DNA of 38,773 nt, from NCBI GenBank assembly GCA_030770535.1, contig JASVEC010000162.1:1-38773 (forward strand). Direction: 5' to 3'. The notes under the pieces are model-generated. The model saw nothing but the letters and a program-made list of their open reading frames with translations. It was not told where the DNA came from and did not search any database. The stretch is from Batkoa obscura (lineage: Eukaryota). Positions 32,969 through 38,773 of the stretch are shown here, piece by piece; within the stretch, counting starts at the first letter, position 1; every line of letters begins with the position of its first letter. A program made the translations under genes and the position numbers.

Positions 32969-33754
32969 ATAAATTTATATATAGTTAAATGGATTTTTAT
33001 TATTTTATGCTGCTTTTTTCGACTTTTGTCATGTTTTTTACAAATTTAAAATGTGACTCAACTAATTTAAAACTAGAGAAATTTACAAATTTATACAAAT
33101 TGTTGTAAGTTCATGACTATTACCTTAAAATAATTTTCAATCATCCTTGTCTAATTCCTCTTTTTGTAATAAAACATGTAGATTACCTTAGTAATATCAA
33201 TGTAATAGATAGAAGTAATTAATTATAAAACTTTGATTTTATTATTTATATAATAGTATTGTTTTTTCCAACATTATTATTTTTGAGCTCAAAGTTTACA
33301 CAAATTAATTACTAAATCAGTTAAAGTTAAAAGATAGCAAGAAATTATCCCACTTCAATCCATCCTCTTACTAATTTGTATTAAGTTGTTCGAAATGTTT
33401 CAGTGCTAATTCATGAATATTAAAATGGTAAATCATTGGTTGTAATACTATTAAAAAATTTTCATTAAAATTTTTTCATTTTTACGTTTAAAAAAATGTA
33501 CTCTGTTGCAACCAAAAACTAATAGTTTTCTTGCATATGAATTTATACTGGAATATTTCAAACGACCTGATAACTGTTCCCAGTTCCTAGTTTTTACTGA
33601 AGTTGCAGATTCCTCGTCAAGTCCGCAAATATTAGTGTAACTAAATTGCTATGTATATAGGGTAAAATTTTGGTCAGCCTGTAGATAATATAAATTATCT
33701 AATTTAATGATCAAATTCGGGATAGACTAGCGTAAATATCAAGAAAATTAATAT

Positions 33755-33850
33755 AGGGCTGTATTTTTTGTTAAGAATTTTACTAATAATTTTTCCTTTC
33801 GAATACTACTTAAAAAATGGAAAAAATAATGAAACCAAAAAGACATCCCC
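33755..33850 (+). mobile_element. MITE copy I
   Basis: atat|AGGGCTGTATTTTTTGTTAAGAATTTTAC..TAAAAAATGGAAAAAATAATGAAACCAAAAAGACATCCCC|atat. Confidence 0.85.
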
Positions 33851-34922
33851 ATATAATACTATTTTACTTTGTCCATTTTTTTATCTATTTTTAACAAAAT
33901 AATTTCGAAAAGATTATTTAGTTAAATGGAGATAAAAAACATGATCTTATAGGCTTTAATTCAATTTGCTCCTATAAAATTTTCTATAGGAAAGTATATA
34001 GGAAAAGACAAATTATTAGGTTAATATAAACATGAATTTTAATATTTAATTTTTTTATAAATTATTGAGAACATTTTACACCGAAAAAACCACTTAAATA
34101 ATTCCATCAGCTCTAACATTTCTACTTCATTCTACTTTTCTATCTCAACATTAGTACAAAACATATACCAATAACATTATATCAAGAAAAGAGAATAACT
34201 TTGTTCTAATAAAAATATTTTTTAATCAAGTGTATTAAAACTAATTTTAACATTATGGGTTTATTGATTGCAATTGATACTTTAATTCCGTAAGTTTTAT
34301 TTCAACTACATTGAACTTTTCTATCCACAGATTAATATACAAACAAATAATAACAGAAAAGCAAAAATGTTATATTTTCTAATCAACAGCTTTTCTTAGT
34401 AATTTAAAATTATGGGTTTTATTGATTGCATCTGACACTCGTTAAATTCTATAGAAATTAAAAACTAATCTCATAATTTAACAAGTTCTAAATGCAATCT
34501 GTTTACTCTATTGTACGGGAATATCAGTTTAGCATTGGAATGTCTGGCTGAACTGTAGTACAAAATGTAGATAAAAATTGAACAAATTAAAGTTGATTTA
34601 GTTTTATTGAAATTCGAGAAGATTTATTCACTTTAAGCGTTGTGGGATTAAATCATAAGGGCTTTAAAGTGAAACAAAAAATTTACTTAATCGTTATATT
34701 AGAATTTTATTTTCTGTTATATTATATAGCTTTTATATTATTTTATTATTTTGATTTTTTTTTAATTTTCTCAATTCCTTTAACTCTTAAAAAAGCTAAG
34801 CTTAAATATAAAAAAGTTGGTAGCCTAAAAACTTGAAGTTTTTTTCGAGGTTCAAAATTTTGCCCCAAAACTGAATTTTGAAATTTTAAAACTAAACTTT
34901 TTGAAATTTTTTTAAATAGAAT

Positions 34923-37900
34923 ATGGGTTTTAAAAAGAAGACCGGTAAAGGACGTTTAGATAAATACTATCATTATGCCAAAGAACAAGGTTATCGTGCA
35001 CGTTCTGCTTTCAAATTAATTCAATTAAATAAAAAATATGATTTTTTATCTTCTGCTCGTTGTCTTATTGATCTGTGTGCTGCTCCTGGTGGTTGGTAAG
35101 TTTCTTATACGAGGTTTGATTTACCGGACATGGTTTTAATGAATAACAATTATATAGGCTTCAAGTAGCCACTAAATACATGCCAGTTGAAAGTTTAATT
35201 GTTGGTAAGCTTATATTGAAATTATATAAAATTAAAAGAGATAGAATTAATTTATCTTTAATTTAGGTGTTGATTTGGCTCCTATTAAACCTATCCCTCA
35301 ATGTATTACTTTTCAAGAAGATATCACAACTTCTCAATGTCGTAATCAATTAAGAGGTCATTTAAAAACTTGGAAAGCAGATGTGTAAGTGGTTTATTTT
35401 TTTTATTTTTAAGATTGTTTTTTAATCAAAATTTAATTAGTGTACTTCATGATGGTGCTCCTAACGTGGGTTCTGCTTGGGTACAAGATGCTTTCTCTCA
35501 ATCTGAGTTAGTATTAGAGTCATTGAAATTAGCGGTTGAATTTTTGAGAAAAGGAGGTAAGTTTAGGATATGAATTTGATGTTTAATTGATATTTAATTT
35601 TATCTTTATAGGTGTGTTTGTTACTAAAGTTTTCAGATCTAAAGATTACAATAAACTAATGTGGGTATTTAATCAACTGTTTAGAAAAGTAGAAGCTACC
35701 AAACCACCATCTTCAAGGTAAGTGAAAATTATGCTCTTGAATTGCTGTTTTAAATTACTTAAAATTGCAACTAGAAACGTGTCTGCAGAAATTTTCGTTG
35801 TTTGTCAAGACTATTTGGCACCCAAAAAAATCGATCCTAAGTTTTTAGATATTAAATATGTATTTGGGGAATTAGATGCCGATACTAAAGAAGGGAAAGT
35901 ATCAGGTTCTTTGAATATTTTAAATCCAGCTAAACACAAAAGACAACGTGATGGTTATGCTGATGGTGCTACAACCCTTTTTAAATCAGAAGATATTATG
36001 GGTTTTATTAATTCTGATGATCCTATTCAATTTTTGGCCACTATCAATAGACTGGAGTTTAAATCTGATGAATCTAAAGAGTAAGAAGTTTTAATATTAC
36101 TTGTAATATGTAATAGTTTCTTATTGCTTTTTTATTGAAATAGTTTATTGAAATTAAAAGCTACTACCTCTGATATTCAATCCTCTGTTGAAGATTTAAA
36201 AGTACTCGGTAAAGGTGAATTTAGAGATTTATTAAAATGGAGAACTAGTGTTCTAGATATTATTAGAGTAAATTTTAATTTAATTGTTACAATATAAATA
36301 TTAATAAAGTTGAATAGCCTAAGCCAGAGAAAAAAGAAACAACTGTTGAAGTTGTTGAAGAAAGTTTAGAAGATGAGGTAATTTAACAGAAAACGAACAA
36401 AATAAAACTTAATTGACATTTTATTTTATTAGTTGGCTCGTTTAGCAGAAGAAGAAAAGAGTAAATTAAAGAAGGCTAAACGTAAAGTTTTAGAAAAAAG
36501 ACAAAAAGAATTAATGAAGTTACAATTAAAAATGACAACTCCAGTTGAAATTGGTAATGAACAATTTGGTATATCTCCTTTTGTTTCGGCTAATGAAAAT
36601 GTAATCATCATTTTGTTATTAAGTATAGCTAATTTATTAATCTTTATTTTATTTAGAAAAATTCTAAAATATTGAATGGTAATATGGATAGAGAAATAAT
36701 GGTTGAAGATTCAGATGATGATATTGTTGTTTATGGTAATGAAGAAGAAGAAGAATCGGATGAAGAAGTAGTCGAAAAAGATTCAGATGAAGATTCAGAT
36801 ATTGAACAATTAGAGGCTAATCTTGATGAAATGTAAGTTTGAAAAAATATATAATATGTAAATATATATGTAATTAATTGATTAGGTATCAACAATATAA
36901 AGATAAAAAGAAAACACAGAAAGAAGCTTTAAAAGAAAAGAAAGAACATGAAGAATGGTATGGATTTACTGAAAAACAATCAGAAGACGAATCTGATTCT
37001 GATGATTCTGATAATGAAAATCCAACTCATTTTAAAGGTGAAAATTTTGATGATGATACAGATAGTGAAAGTGATGATAATAGTAACAGTGATGATGAAG
37101 GAATAAATAAAAGTAAAAGTAAAAAGAAAGGATTATCTGGTAATGCTACTTTATTCTTTGATCAACCTATTTTCAAAGAAATTGATGATATTAATTTAAA
37201 TGAAAAGGATTCAAATGTATGCTTATTTATTCCATAATGTTATATTTGTATTAATATGTTATTTTATAGAATTTAAAAAAGAGAAAATTAATTGAAGAAG
37301 AAGAGGACAATTTAATAAGTGATGAAGATGTTGGAGAAGATAATGAAAGCTCGGATGATGAAACAATGTCTGAAGAAGATCCAGAAGCCAAAATAAAAGA
37401 AGCAAAATCCAAAGGTAATTTATTTGTAAATTCAAACTCAATGATAATATAAATTAACAATAAACTAATTATAGAACTTGATTTAATGACCGCCCAAGCA
37501 ATGACTTTAGCTATGAAATTAGTTAATAGAGAGGTCACAAAAGAGGAATTAATATCTTCTAGTTTTAGTAGATATACTTTTAACGATGTAGACGATCTTC
37601 CTGCTTGGTAAAGGATATCAATTAAACTCTAAAAAAGTAATATATTAAACAAAGTATTCTAGGTTTAAAGAAGATGAAAAGAAATATTATAAACCAAATA
37701 TCCCAATAACTAAAGAAGCAGCCAATGCTATTAAAGAAAAAATTAAAGCCTTAAATGCCCGACCAATTAAAAAAGTAGCTGAAGCTAAAGCAAGAAAGAA
37801 GTATAAGGTAATTTCATCTTTACCTATTCATTATAATTTTATAACTAATCTCCCTCCTTATTTCATAGGCTGCTCAAAAATTAGTTAAATTACAAAAGAA

Positions 37901-38153
37901 AGCATCTGTAATTGCTGAATCTACTGATATGACCGAACAAGAAAAAGCAAGATCCATTGAAAAAGTCATGGCTAGAAAAGGAGCTAAAAAACAAGAGAAG
38001 GTTCAATTAGTTGTTGCTAGAGGTGCTAATCGTGGTAATCGTGGTAGACCTAAGGGGGTTAAAGGAAGATATAAGATGGTTGATCCTCGTATGAAGAAGG
38101 AACTAAAGGCTACTAAAAGAATAGCTAAAAAACAAGCTAAGAAACGTAGATAA
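34923..38153 (+). CDS. SPB1: AdoMet-dependent 27S pre-rRNA 2'-O-methyltransferase Spb1/FTSJ3; about 14 introns
   Basis: [98 protein letters not shown] and [19 protein letters not shown]. Confidence 0.96.
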
Positions 38154-38446
38154 ATGATAGGAGAGGAGGGGGTATAGAGTGGAATTAATTAGTGGATAGA
38201 TAGTATATATTGCTGCTCTGTTTATTATGAATTATTTTATTAAATTTATAGATTAATATACTGATTTTTTTATTGCTTGCTTTTTCAATGCATCTCTTAT
38301 GCATCCAATGCTCTTTTTATGATTTAATTTTAGTATTTAAAAGATGATTAATATTTGTATATATAATTAGGTTTTAAATTAATTCAGTTTTTAATAGTTA
38401 AATATTTATAATGAATTTAGTTACTTAAATATAACTATATTTATCT

Positions 38447-38773
38447 TTAAAAATAACTTGCGTTATCTTGAAAGGACTTGAGGATAAAGTTTCTTATTTT
38501 TTTATAAATTTCCCATCTATTCAGTAAGGATAATAACAATAATGTAGAAAAAATTATGCTCATTAGCCCATATTCTATAAAAGAAATTAAAAATAAAAAC
38601 AATTCTTTAATTGAACCATTCAAAACCCCAAGATTAAAAAAATAGACCAATAAATTTCATTTGTGATGACAATGCCATTTCAAAAAACAAATTCTCGGAC
38701 ATGAAAATAATGATAGTTAATTGGTAAAGGCCATATAATCCGAACTTACAAACTTCAAATCGGAGCTTAGTAC
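38447..38773 (-). CDS. Possible 3' end of a hydrophobic membrane-protein gene entering from outside the window
   Basis: The open frame from the window edge (TKLRFEVCKFGLYGLYQLTIIIF..KFIGLFF) and ORF 38447..38650 are both hydrophobic but in different frames, meeting at a T7 run. Would need an indel or intron. Confidence 0.25.

Noticed and set aside
9563..33850. Dispersed ~98-bp repeats as a CRISPR-like array
   Set aside because: Irregular spacing, both orientations, TIR/TSD structure and eukaryotic context indicate MITEs.
1..38773. Non-standard genetic code or selenocysteine read-through
   Set aside because: Stops within conserved genes are explained by short GT-AG introns, apart from the Herp-like frame change; both PDI active sites are CGHC.

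Overview
Very AT-rich eukaryotic DNA with short (about 45-70 nt) GT-AG introns. It is most consistent with an early-diverging fungus; a Conidiobolus-like/Zoopagomycota origin is inference only. Genes in order: F-box protein (-), SWI/SNF-RSC core subunit SMARCC/Swi3 (-), Herp/Usa1-like UBL membrane protein (+, with an unexplained frame change), GDA1/CD39 NTPDase (-), YJU2 (+), ERp38/TigA-type PDI ending in KDEL (+), Q/N-rich protein with a C-terminal WRKY/GCM1-like Zn-finger-type domain (+), group III G-alpha (+), RCC1-repeat protein (+), Ser-rich hypothetical protein (+), secreted two-repeat beta protein (+), SPB1 (+). The most notable non-genic signals are three. (1) An apparently complete 2.46-kb Sola-like DDD DNA transposon (13777-16240) with an intact 567-aa transposase, TIRs and ATAT flanks. 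(2) Nine copies of a ~98-bp MITE that shares its termini, ~40 bp of its right end and, in most copies, the ATAT flanks. (3) A GC-rich, highly structured box C/D-type ncRNA candidate on the minus strand at about 9846-9978. There is also a decayed 3' LINE fragment. No tRNA, rRNA or CRISPR was seen. Exon boundaries and family assignments were made by eye, without database searches.
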